This document shows positions 1-10,425 of a stretch of 64,000 nt of DNA, piece after piece. How positions within the stretch are numbered: the stretch's first letter is position 1; the number at the start of each line of letters is the position of its first letter. The translations under genes were made by a program, and so were the position numbers. The DNA comes from Eledone cirrhosa (Eukaryota). The stretch lies in NCBI GenBank assembly GCA_964016885.1, contig OZ024741.1, forward strand, positions 46,252,001 to 46,316,000, written 5' to 3'. Under the pieces are notes generated by a model that worked only from the letters and a program-made list of their open reading frames with translations, searched no databases and was not told the DNA's origin.

Positions 1-92
1 GTGTGTGTGTGTGTGTGTGTGTGAGCGTAGGTATTATATATATATATATATATCACAAAATATCATTGGGAAAATCTGCTTCGTAGAATCAA

Positions 93-179
93 GACGTTTC
101 TGAGGACCTTGCAATTTTCAGAGTCAGGTTCGATCATCACATCGATCGTGCCTCACCAGAGAAACGATTGTAATATGTC
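93..179 (+). ncRNA. Type I hammerhead ribozyme motif with extended stem II
   Basis: gacgttt-CTGAGGA(100-106)-long imperfect hairpin (gagtcaggttcgat/atcgatcgtgcctc)-GAAAC(161-165)-gatt-GTA-atatgtc. Stem I gacgttt/atatgtc pairs 6 of 7. AATAAA at 181-186. Confidence 0.6.
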
Positions 180-325
180 CAATAAATTCCATTCGTCGCA
201 ACACTGATTTTCTTTTTTTTTTGTGATATCATACTCTGCTCTATGAGAGCATCGAGTGCTCAAACGGCCTACCGCATACCGACGCTTTAAGCATCCACCA
301 CCAATTATATATATATATATATATA

Positions 326-931
326 TAAACGGAAAAAATGAAACGATATTTCATTTCCCACTCTTAGTACGGCTGTTACTTAAATATAAGTATGTACACG
401 TACATACATATATGTATACCGACGTACAGTAGTATGTATATATATATATACGTACATGCACACATATATATATGCACGTATGGATTCACCGAACATTTAT
501 TATAATGCTCGGTGTGTTTGTAAACAAGAGTGGGAAATGAAATATCGTTTCATTTTTTCCGTTTATCGTTTTCGGTGCACACGGCCGATTAACCCACTCG
601 ATATGCAAATTGGGCTACTCAGCCGTTAATATACATAAGGTAAGTATATACGTTCAACAATCTGGCAGGAAGGTATACGTTGCTGATGATAGCTAACAAG
701 CTTGAAACTAGTACAGCGTTCCTTTGTCAGTGTTGAACAAACGAGCAACGGTGGTTGCTAGACACTACGGCTTAATACGGGATGTTTGTTTACAAACACA
801 CCGAGCATTATAATAAATGTTCGGTGAATCCATACGTGCATATATATATATGTGTGCATGTATGTATATATATATATATACATACTACTGTACGTCGGTA
901 TACATATATGTATGTACGTGTACATACTTAT
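326..931. mobile_element. Fold-back element with interleaved inverted repeats between (TA)n tracts, carrying a hammerhead
   Basis: 326-364 is the reverse complement of ~526-565; ~386-525 is the near-perfect reverse complement of ~788-931. (TA)n on both sides. Confidence 0.75.
677..719 (+). ncRNA. Minimal type I hammerhead ribozyme
   Basis: acgttg-CTGATGA(683-689)-t-agct-aaca-agct-t-GAAAC(704-708)-ta-GTA-cagcgt. 6-bp stem I, 4-bp stem II, palindromic stem III (ACTAGT). Confidence 0.85.
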
Positions 932-948
932 ATATATATATATATATA

Positions 949-1163
949 TTAAAAAGTGAGGTTTTTTTCACAAAATGAAAAATAACCGAGGTGTCCTACA
1001 CGAGTGAAAGTATAAAGTAAAAAAGATGAAATCGAAAATGCAACTGGAGTCTTATTTAAAAAAATATATATATATATTTGTTTGGTTCCTTTACCGGTTT
1101 CGCAGTTCTTCTGCTTTTCAAAAGTAGAGTTGAGATGGAGGGTTTGTGGTTTTTCTCAGATCT
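949..1163 (-). mobile_element. Short dispersed repeat with hammerhead (second copy at ~37250-37456, opposite strand)
   Basis: Reverse complement aligns by eye to 37250-37456 (e.g. ccgaggtgtcctacacgagtgaaagtata; gtttcgcagttcttctgcttttcaaaa). Flanked by TA and TC/TA tracts. Confidence 0.75.
1087..1129 (-). ncRNA. Minimal hammerhead, U3:A8 core variant
   Basis: Minus strand: ctctactt-TTGAAAA-GCAG-aagaa-CTGC-GAAAC-cg-GTA-aagga. G10.1-C11.1 stem II, palindromic ACCGGT stem III, short stem I. Confidence 0.65.
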
Positions 1164-1280
1164 CTCTCTCTATATATATATATATATGCAGAGGTTATAT
1201 TTAATTTGTTGGGATTCAACAAGCTTAAACATTTTTATAACTGATATAAACCACTCAATTGATTAGTGGACTAAATACAC

Positions 1281-2051
1281 AATATATTAATAAATGGAAA
1301 CTATATTTATAAAACCCTATTTATTTTATTATACATATTTCAAGGGCAACCAAGGCAAATTATGGTGCGCTTTCATCAGAAAAAAAGACAACCTTAACGG
1401 TTGGAGCTTCCTGGAGATAGTGCATTTATTGAGGGTGATACAAAATTATGAGTGAGTATCCAAATGAGTGTCCGAAATGTTGAAAAGATAACGGTTCATT
1501 TAAATTAAACTGTTGGAAGATGATATGTAAGGGAGAGAGGAAAAAAGAAAAAAAGAAAAAAAGAAAAAAAGAAAAAAAGAAAAAAAGAAAAAAAGAAAAA
1601 AGAAATACACTCTATTTTCACTATCAATATATATAATCGTTCTTTCTTTCTTCTTCTATCTTTCTCCTTTCTTTTTTCTTTTTTCTTTTTTCTTTTTTTC
1701 TTTTTCTCTTTTTTTCTTTTTTTCTTTTTTTCTTTTTTTCTTTTTTTCTCTCTCCCTTACATATCATCTTCCAACAGTTTAATTTAAATAAACCGTTATC
1801 TTTTCAATATTTCGGACACTCATTTGCATACTCACTCATAATTTTGTATCACCCTCAATAAATGTAATATCTCCACTATCCAGGAAGCTCCAACCGTTAA
1901 GGCTGTCTTTTTTTCCGGGTATGTCAATATTTATTCCTAAAACAAATCTGTATTCTATCTGATGAAAGCGCACCATAATTTGCCTTGGTTGCCCTTGAAA
2001 TATGTATAATAAAATAAATATGGTTTTATAAATATAGTTTCCATTTATTAA

Positions 2052-2057
<6 letters not shown>
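1281..2057. mobile_element. Fold-back element (~320-390 bp arms) with degenerate hammerhead
   Basis: 1281-~1600 is the reverse complement of ~1670-2057, including the (GAAAAAAA)n/(TTTTTTTC)n tracts. Right arm has CTGATGA(1959-1965)-aagcgcacc..ggttgccctt-GAAAT-at-GTA. Left arm lacks ~45 bp upstream of the core. Ends in (TA)n. Confidence 0.75.
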
Positions 2058-2122
<65 letters not shown>

Positions 2123-2183
2123 AATATTTTTGCAAATATATGTCTATATATATACATATATATGCCTCTCTCTAATAAGTAGG

Positions 2184-2384
2184 AACGAGGTGTCAAAGTG
2201 CATCATTAAGTTTATTCAGGTGTGCCACGCATTTCTTGATTGATCAGCCCAAGTGTTCTATCTGTATCGATCGGTAGCTCATCAGAGTCGGGTCCGATTG
2301 AAACAGATCGTACCTCGAGTCGATTAATCGCGAAACGCACGTCACATCTGAATAAACTTAATGAAGATACTGTGACACCTCGTT
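2184..2384. mobile_element. Short fold-back element related to the 51-305 and 30165-30495 elements
   Basis: ~40-bp terminal inverted repeats (aacgaggtgtca..attaagtttattcag). Internal gagtcgggtccgat..gatcgtacctc resembles 121-154. 3' hammerhead half GAAAC-gcac-GTC, then AATAAA; 5' core decayed. Confidence 0.6.
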
Positions 2385-2391
2385 ATTATTA

Positions 2392-2572
2392 ATATTGTTT
2401 CTACTTTTGGCACAAGGCCAGCAATTATCTCAGTGCATTACTGGTACTTTATTTTATCGACCCCGTAAGGATGAAAGGCAAAGTTAACCTCGGCGGGATT
2501 TGAACTCAGATCATAAATGGCCGTAACTCTATGTAGCAAAGCATGGCGTCTGACCCTCTACCGATACTGCCA
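2392..2572 (-). mobile_element. tRNA-derived SINE
   Basis: Reverse complement of the family at 7804-7997: B box GAGTTCAAATCC and core GCCTTTCATCCTTACGGGGTCGATAAAATAAAGTACC. Confidence 0.9.
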
Positions 2573-2665
2573 TATGAAGAAAACCGACCGCAATATAACA
2601 CCAAACATGCAACACCATGTACTATACTTAAACTGCATCGAGTGCTCAAGTTGTTGAACCAACAG

Positions 2666-2726
<61 letters not shown>

Positions 2727-3427
2727 CAGTCTGTCTGCCTGTGTGTGTGTGTCTATCAGTTTGTCTCTGAGTGTGTGAATTTTGACTTGAGCCCTGATCG
2801 CCCAAAATATTGCAACTGTGTGAGTGGACTCCCCTAAATGTACAAACCCCAGTCCAAAAACCAGGACCAGGAACATGTTAAGCTGTTGTTAAACCGGAAT
2901 TCAGTTTCGAATCATTTGACTGTTATCTCTTACAGTTCAACCTCTTCTCTCTCTAAATTTACCGCTAACATATTTCAAAAATGGAGTTTTATAACGTTTC
3001 ACTTCACGTCTTACAATATAGATCTTTTTACCAATACATATTCATGTTGCAAGTAGATTATAACTTATACTTGAAATCTAATATGTTTATTCCACTATAT
3101 TTAAAATAACTATTGCTGTTTGGCTTCTTGTTTTAGTTTGTTTTTGTTGTTCTTTCGCTAATGTTTTTTTTTGTTGTTTTTGTTTTTCTGATATTTTTTT
3201 AAGCACATGCTTCTACTTTTGATTCTGCTATTTATTCATTTTCTCCCTTCAATTATATTTGTTATTGTTGCATATATTAGTTAAAGTCGTTGCCGACGTC
3301 GTTGGTTGTCTTATGTTTATTCTAACATTCAAACATCTGCTGACATCGCTTCTTTTTCCTATTGCTGCGCCATTCTTCTTCTTTAACTTTCATTTTTTCT
3401 TTTCTTTTTTACATTGTGTTTAGATAC

Positions 3428-3770
3428 GTGTTGTTGTTTTAACTGATGTTGTTAATTTTACTGTTGCTGTTGTTGTTGCTTTTACTGTTGTTGCTGCTTT
3501 TACTGATGTTGTTGATGCTGTTGTTGTTTTTGCTATTGTTACTGTTGTTGTTGTTTTTGCTATTGTTACTGTTGTTGTTTTTGCTATTGTTGCTGTTGTT
3601 GTTGTTTTTGCTATTGTTGCTGTTGTTGTTGTTGCTTTTACTTTTGTTGTTGTTGTTTTTGCTATTGTTGCTGTTGTTGTTGCTTTTACTGTTGTTGTTT
3701 TTGCTATTGTTACTGTTGTTATTGTTTTTGCTATTGTTACTGTTGTTGTTGTTGTTGTTGCTCTTGCTTT
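3428..3770. repeat. Degenerate (TTG)n repeat
   Basis: Runs of gtt/gct/act triplets; source of the poly-Leu ORF. Confidence 0.9.
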
Positions 3771-4045
3771 ATCTAGCGCTACATGTTTGTGTGTTTCTTT
3801 GTTTGCATGTGTCTATGTTGTATTCATTGTTTCTATTGTGGTTTATACTTGTTGCTGCTGTGAGTGTTTCCTGTATTGCTGAATTATATTTCAACAGAAT
3901 GGGTTGTTGAAAGAAACAAGACAAAAAAAATCATGAAGAAATATGAAACTCTGCAAACAATACCATATTGATTTCCAAATGAAGGAGGTGTAAAAATATA
4001 AGACCTTATGTTAGATAGATATATCACTCTCTCTATCTCACGTAC

Positions 4046-4073
4046 ATATATATATATATATATATATATACAG

Positions 4074-4127
<54 letters not shown>

Positions 4128-4181
4128 AAAGCTTGACAGATTTATAGATAGATAGATAGATAAATCACTCACACACAAACA

Positions 4182-4248
<67 letters not shown>

Positions 4249-4253
4249 AGAGG

Positions 4254-4341
<88 letters not shown>

Positions 4342-4394
4342 TGGTGAGTGAGAATTCGAGGCATAGATAGATAAATAGATAGAGAGATAGATAA

Positions 4395-4486
<92 letters not shown>

Positions 4487-4508
4487 ACAGATACATAAAT
4501 AGATAGAT
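4046..4508. repeat. Compound microsatellite (TA)n/(GA)n/(GATA)n
   Basis: Directly visible. Confidence 0.95.
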
Positions 4509-4799
4509 GAAATATTGAAAAATAGATTCTAGAAATATGGCTCAATAAAAGAGAAACAGGTGGAGGATTAAGAAAAAGAGAAGAGAGAAATAAGAAGACA
4601 AAAGAGTCAGAATGATAGCATTATTATTAATCAGATAGAAGCTAGAAGCCGGTACTTGTAAACAATTAAAGGACAGATGATAGAGAAATATTTAATATTT
4701 AACAAATTATGTTTTAACTGGAATTATGTTTTATGATCGATTAGCTAAAAATGTATATATAGATTTAGATAATAAAACTTCTAAACATAGAAATTAATA

Positions 4800-4978
4800 A
4801 TGATTTCTTATTTAGACACCAGGCCAGAAAATTGGGGTGGGTAGTCGATTTCATCGATCAGGGGAAGACGAAAGGCAAAGTTGACCCATGCAAGATTCGA
4901 AGTCAGAAAGTAAACAGTCGGCAGAAGCATTGAACAGCATTTTGCCTAACACACTAACGATTCTTTTACCCACCGCCA
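4800..4978 (-). mobile_element. Older diverged SINE copy
   Basis: gaaaggcaaagttgac...gattcgaagtcagaa matches the SINE core in reverse; tail gatttcttatttagacaccaggccag. Confidence 0.65.
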
Positions 4979-4991
4979 AAATATAGTAACT

Positions 4992-5186
4992 AATAATTGT
5001 TTCTACTTTTGGTACAATGCCAGCAATTACTCAGTATATTACTGGTACTTTATTTTATCGAGCCCGTAAGGATGAAAGGCAAAGTTAACCTCGATGGGAT
5101 TTGAACTCAAACCGTAAAGGGAGGTAACTCTATGCTAGAAAGCATGGCGTCCAACCCTTTACCGATACTCCCAATTCAGCGCCCTA
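4992..5186 (-). mobile_element. tRNA-derived SINE
   Basis: Full-length reverse copy of the 7804-7997 family. Confidence 0.9.
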
Positions 5187-5254
5187 GTATAATGAGATGA
5201 AACTAGGGGTTCTGGGATCAAATTTACATTTCAGTAAGATGAGTATCTAAAGCA

Positions 5255-5420
5255 ACATATTGTCAGAATTATTAGAACCTCGGATAGAATGAATGGTTTG
5301 TGATATTCGTTCTGGCTCCCAACACTCTGAGTTCAAATTCCGCTGATGTCAACTTCGCATTTCATTCTTTTGAAGTCGATAATTTCAATCCAACACTTGG
5401 GTCGATTATTTTTCTAGTTC
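5255..5420 (+). mobile_element. Diverged SINE fragment
   Basis: ctgagttcaaattccgctgatgtcaacttcgcatttcattcttttgaagtcgataa matches the SINE B box and core. Confidence 0.65.
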
Positions 5421-6295
5421 TCCTTCTCAATTTCTTTTTTTCTGGAAAGGTTTGAGATTCAAGGTTTATGGATTGCTGGATAAATATCTACAGCGAAATT
5501 AATTGCCACTTTTTGTTATTTGTGTTTTATGGCTTATGCCATGGATGAAGAGCACCTTCATTAACATTTTCTAGGCCCTCCAAGATGGATAGAAGTAACG
5601 GAAAGTTATCTTCGGGTCGTGTAAGGTCGTGAGCCAAATACTTGCAACAAAGTAGACTGCGCTAAAGGCGTACTTAGACAAATTACGGTTACCATTGAAG
5701 AATAAGAACGGTGCATCACTTTCCAGTCCATGATTTTGAAATTCTATACAAAAGAGTTTAGTCGACACAATGCTATAATAGAAGTTATTGCCTGAAGCTT
5801 TCAACAAGTCACATATACAATTGATTATATGTGACTTGTGACACGTGTATGGAATGGTCAGAGCCTATGAGTTAATAATATAAAGTACCGCATACTTACA
5901 TGATGTTTTTAATATATAAATAATGCGTTGCCATTTCTAGACCTAAGTTGATGCTTTTCATTGTTAAGTCAACAGAAATTTTAAATTGGAAACAAATTTC
6001 AATTTTCGGTTCCTATAAACTTTGATTTTATATTGTTAATATCCCAGGAAGAAGCCTAAAACCATTAACTTTCGATTATTGGTAATTGTATTGTAATTGT
6101 CTGTCTGTATCAATAAATATACTGAAACAATAATAGCGCACACAATGTCTAGAAACTAAGACTATACAGTGTTACATAATGTACAAAATGTAGAATTACC
6201 AATGGCACAAACGAGTACGAATCTGCTTTGCTGGCTGAATAATATATATATATATGTGTGTGTGTGTATGTATATATGTATGTATATATATGTAT

Positions 6296-6975
6296 GTCAG
6301 GTCACCAATTGGTGCTACTGATAACATATATCCCAGTACAACCTGTCCCATGATTGGGTCGTTGGCGACTAAACTGGCAACCCCACCAAGGTTTCTTGGT
6401 GAGGAGGGTGACTTTGGACATCCTGCAGGACTAAAAACAAAACCTGTCAAAGGGCAAAGGAGCTCTTAAGAGTCAATGGCCATCCAAAATCACCGGGAGA
6501 GATGACCCCTTAGCCTTTGTCAGGGCGGAATTCTCGGAGAAGGAAAACTCTGATATAACACCTGCAACCCTGATGGTATCCAATGATGTTGACTTGTTCT
6601 TCTTTTTGGTAAATATCATCTTGGTTAAGAGAGTGGGACTGGCTTTGTGCAGTGCCTTTGCTCACTATAAAAGCTTCACGGCACAGGCATTGCTTTATAT
6701 CTGGAGATCTCTCTGCACGTGTCGTTACATGGTACCATGGGCCCAGCACTGTGTGTCAATAATTGTCACAAGTGTAGTGTTTGTACCAGAGTTTTCAAGT
6801 CGCTGGCTGAACTAAAACGTCACACTCGTTCAGCGCATCGGTAGGGGTTCTCCTACATGGATATAAAGTAGTGGCCGTACTCGAAAACGAGTTGGCAGCC
6901 ACCATGTATGTATGTATGCATGTATGCATGTATGTATGTATGTATGTATGTATGTATGTATGTATGTATGTATGT
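6296..6975 (+). mobile_element. Probable internally deleted RTE-type LINE derivative (5' UTR-like part + 3' end, (ATGT)n tail)
   Basis: 5' part has ggagaaggaaaactctga, which I recall from RTE 5' UTRs. 6773-6844 encodes [23 protein letters not shown] (C2H2 finger), followed by a short hairpin (ctcgaaaacgag) and a tandem tail. Confidence 0.55.
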
Positions 6976-6984
6976 ATATATATA

Positions 6985-7119
<135 letters not shown>

Positions 7120-7138
7120 AAACTGTTATTTTAATATA

Positions 7139-7297
7139 TATATTAAAATAAGAGATTAAAGTTTAAGCAATGAATCGCTGCATTCACCCTTAACGGGATC
7201 TTTTGAAACTAAAAAAATCAATCTTATATATTTGACATATATTTATCCTTATCGAGCCCTCTTTAGATTTTAGTCTTCATATTTATTATTATTACTA
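7139..7297. mobile_element. Member of a modular TA-associated repeat family (also 32205-32390 and 56822-57396)
   Basis: Shares agattaaagtttaagca.gaatcgctgc.ttcaccctt and atatatttatccttat.gagccctcttt.gattt modules. Confidence 0.75.
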
Positions 7298-7640
7298 TAT
7301 ATATATAATAGAATATGAAAGAAAAACGAACTCAGATATATGTGTTGAAATCGTAAGGGACCAGATTGCTAAGGTGAAAAGAATACTAACTATAGACAAT
7401 TGGGTTTGCTTGTCTCAATTTAAGAAAAAATCAAGAAAATAAATACAAAAGAGAATTGTGGTAACTACCAATCACCCAGACAACTTGTTGTTGTTTCGCA
7501 ATGTTAATTGTGAATAGAATTACCAATTCAAACTCATCATCTTTTATATTCTATTATAATATACGGCTCGGAAATATCTCTTTCTTAGAGCTATTTTGTT
7601 GTAAGAGACTATTTTGAGTTCCTAACTCAATATATACCTT

Positions 7641-7720
<80 letters not shown>

Positions 7721-7803
7721 TCATTGAGTTAGTGGAAAAGGGATCGAAGATACATCCGTCATATCCGATGACTTTGTTTCAGTATTACTACCATTATTAG
7801 TAG

Positions 7804-8375
7804 TAGGGCGGTGGATTGGCAGAATCGGTAGAGTGTCGGACGCCATGCTTTCTAGCATAATTACGTCCCTTTACGATCTGAGTTCAAATCCCGCCGAGGT
7901 TGACTTTGCCTTTCATCCTTACGGGGTCGATAAAATAAAGTACCAGTAATGCACTGGGTAATTGCTGGCCTTGTGCCTAAAGTAGAAACAATTATTAGTA
8001 GTAGTATGGTGGATTGGCAGTATCGGTAGAGGGTTGGACGCCATGCTTTCTAGCATTGAATTACGGCCCTTGCCATTCTGAGTTCAAATCCCACCGAGGT
8101 TAACTTTGCCTTTCATCCTTACGGGGTCGATAAAATAAAGTACCTGTAATGCACTGGGTAATTGCTTGCCTTGTGCCAAAAGTAGAAACAATTATTAGTA
8201 GTATCGATAGAGCCTCAGAGACCATGCATTGCAGCATAGAGTTATGACGTTTTACGTTCTGAGTTCAAGTCCCGCCGAAGTTAAGTCTGCCTTTCATCCT
8301 TGCGGTCGATAAAATAAAGTAGCAGTAATGCACTGGGGTAATTGCTGGCCTTGTGCCAGAAGTAGTAGAAACATT
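7804..8375 (+). mobile_element. Three head-to-tail tRNA-derived SINEs (7804-7997, 8004-8197, 8201-8375)
   Basis: A-box-like TGGCAGAATCGG, B box GTTCAAATCC, core GCCTTTCATCCTTACGGGGTCGATAAAA (resembles the Nin SINE domain, from memory), ATT/AGT tails. Third copy is 5'-truncated. Confidence 0.92.
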
Positions 8376-8690
8376 ATTATTATAATTATTATTATTATTA
8401 TTATTGGCGACCTACGTAGTAAATCGTATCATCGTGAGCTCCGCGAAGGTTTGTTATTTTGAGTTGTTTAAAATTGCCATTCATGGAAAATTTTTATTGT
8501 TAACTGTATATAAGTGCACATACATTGTTTTCTGAAAAGGACACTCAAAAAGATTGGGGCCTTGAGCCCAAAATTTAAACTTTTATAATTATCAAACAAA
8601 GATTTTTCTTTGAAAAATCATGGACGGCTCAGTTCACACCTTCCTCACAAACTAACACCTCACACCGACACCACCATTGTAAATATTACG

Positions 8691-10391
8691 ATGTTTGCCA
8701 ACACTAAAAATATAAGCAGTAGCAATATTTTAAATTTGTCTCAGGCAGACATTCATTTCCCGCCATTACCAATGACTGCAGGTGTTAAAGCCACCGCCCC
8801 CACCACCACCACCACAGCGACAACAGAAACAAAAGAAAAAAAGAAATTAACTCGTGATATCGAAATGAATTCAACCAAAAGGAACTCTTCCACACCGAAC
8901 ACCACTGACGCCACCACCACCACAACTGAAACAAAAATTAACAATAACAAAAATAACAATAACAACAACAGCAACAATGAAATTAAGGAAACCACCCTGA
9001 GTTTCCCCCCCCCCTCCACACACACACACACACCTAATAAAATGGAGCATCGGCGCCTATGAACCGTGTCTTACGATTAACATAAAATCGCGCCGAGTGG
9101 AGTCCCAAATCCAAAAAGCTTTGGGACATGTGTGGGGAAAAAAAACCCACATCCGACGTGGGCAGAAATATGGAACCGTGGACGTGTTCTTTGAGACACC
9201 ACAGGAGGCCAGAGAACACTCCATGGCCCCATTAAGAAGTGACGACTTCACACTCGTCCCAAGCTATTGTGGCCAGAGACTCATGAAGATCAGGGTGACC
9301 CACGTTCTACCGGCCATCGAAATACCCTGGCTAATAGCTGCCGTCCTCGCCGGCATCGAAGCCAACACCAAGATAATCGAAATAGCGAAAGAAAAGCAGG
9401 AGAACTGGTCCTGATCTGGGATGGTGCTCCTGATCCAAGCGGACCATAAAAGCATTGAGGAGATCCCAGAGGTAATAGACCTCACTGACGGCAGCCACCT
9501 CACCGTAATCGTCGAGGGCAGAAGGCATACGTGTGTCGTTTGTGGTGAAAGAACCCACCTAAGGGCTTTCTGCCCTCAGGCTAAAAGGTTGAGGCCAACT
9601 CTCTTACCCACCCCAGCAGCAGAGATGTCAGCAACAACAGAAGCAACTGTAACAGCAACAACCCCAGCAACAGTAGCAAAACCAACAGCACCACCACACA
9701 ACGCACCAGAACTAGCACCAGCGCCTACACCATCCACCACTCCACAAGCAAAACCAACGCCTGTGGAGGATTTTCCACTCCCCGGCTTATCGCAACTGGA
9801 GACAGATTGTGACGACGAGGAGTGGGAAACGGTATCAGGAAAAAAGAAAAAAGAAACCAAAAAAGAAAAAAGTCTCTTCCTTCCCCCTCCAAAAACAAAA
9901 TACAGAGGGAAACAAATAAATTATCAAACAAAAAAGTTAGGACAGATATGCCACCATCCACACCAGCATCACCAACCCCATCACCACAAACACCAACACC
10001 AACACCATCATTAACCCCAACACCACCATCACCAACACCACAAAAGTCACCAAAAGGCGAAACAGAAACAAACCCACAACAAACGCAAACAAAACAACAC
10101 AACCAAAACGATACACATTACACAACCAATTATTACACTACATCCAACACAACACCAGCATCACAGAAAAAGACTACACAACAACCTAAAAGTTTCACAG
10201 CACCTCCACACATACAAATCACTCGCATCACACAGAAAACGTACACGACACTAAAACAAAAATTCCCCAAAGACATCGGAGACTTCCGACAAACACTCTC
10301 CAGGAGGATTTATAAGGACATCCTTCCGGAGGAGGCCACAAGCAGTGAAAAGGATGGAGAAACCATCCTTCCTCAACGAGAAGTAAGGTAA
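8691..10391 (+). pseudogene. LINE ORF1 (gag-like, zinc knuckle), frameshifted
   Basis: CVVCGERTHLRAFC (CX2CX4HX4C) from 9532; Pro/Thr-rich C-terminus with WETVSGKKKK. In-frame TGA at 9412-9414; frame changes near the C/CA tract (~9005-9032) and A tracts (~9840-9870). Start codon uncertain. Confidence 0.8.
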
Positions 10392-10425
10392 GTGGTCTTT
10401 CCCATCTTTTCCAGTCCATTTCAAC

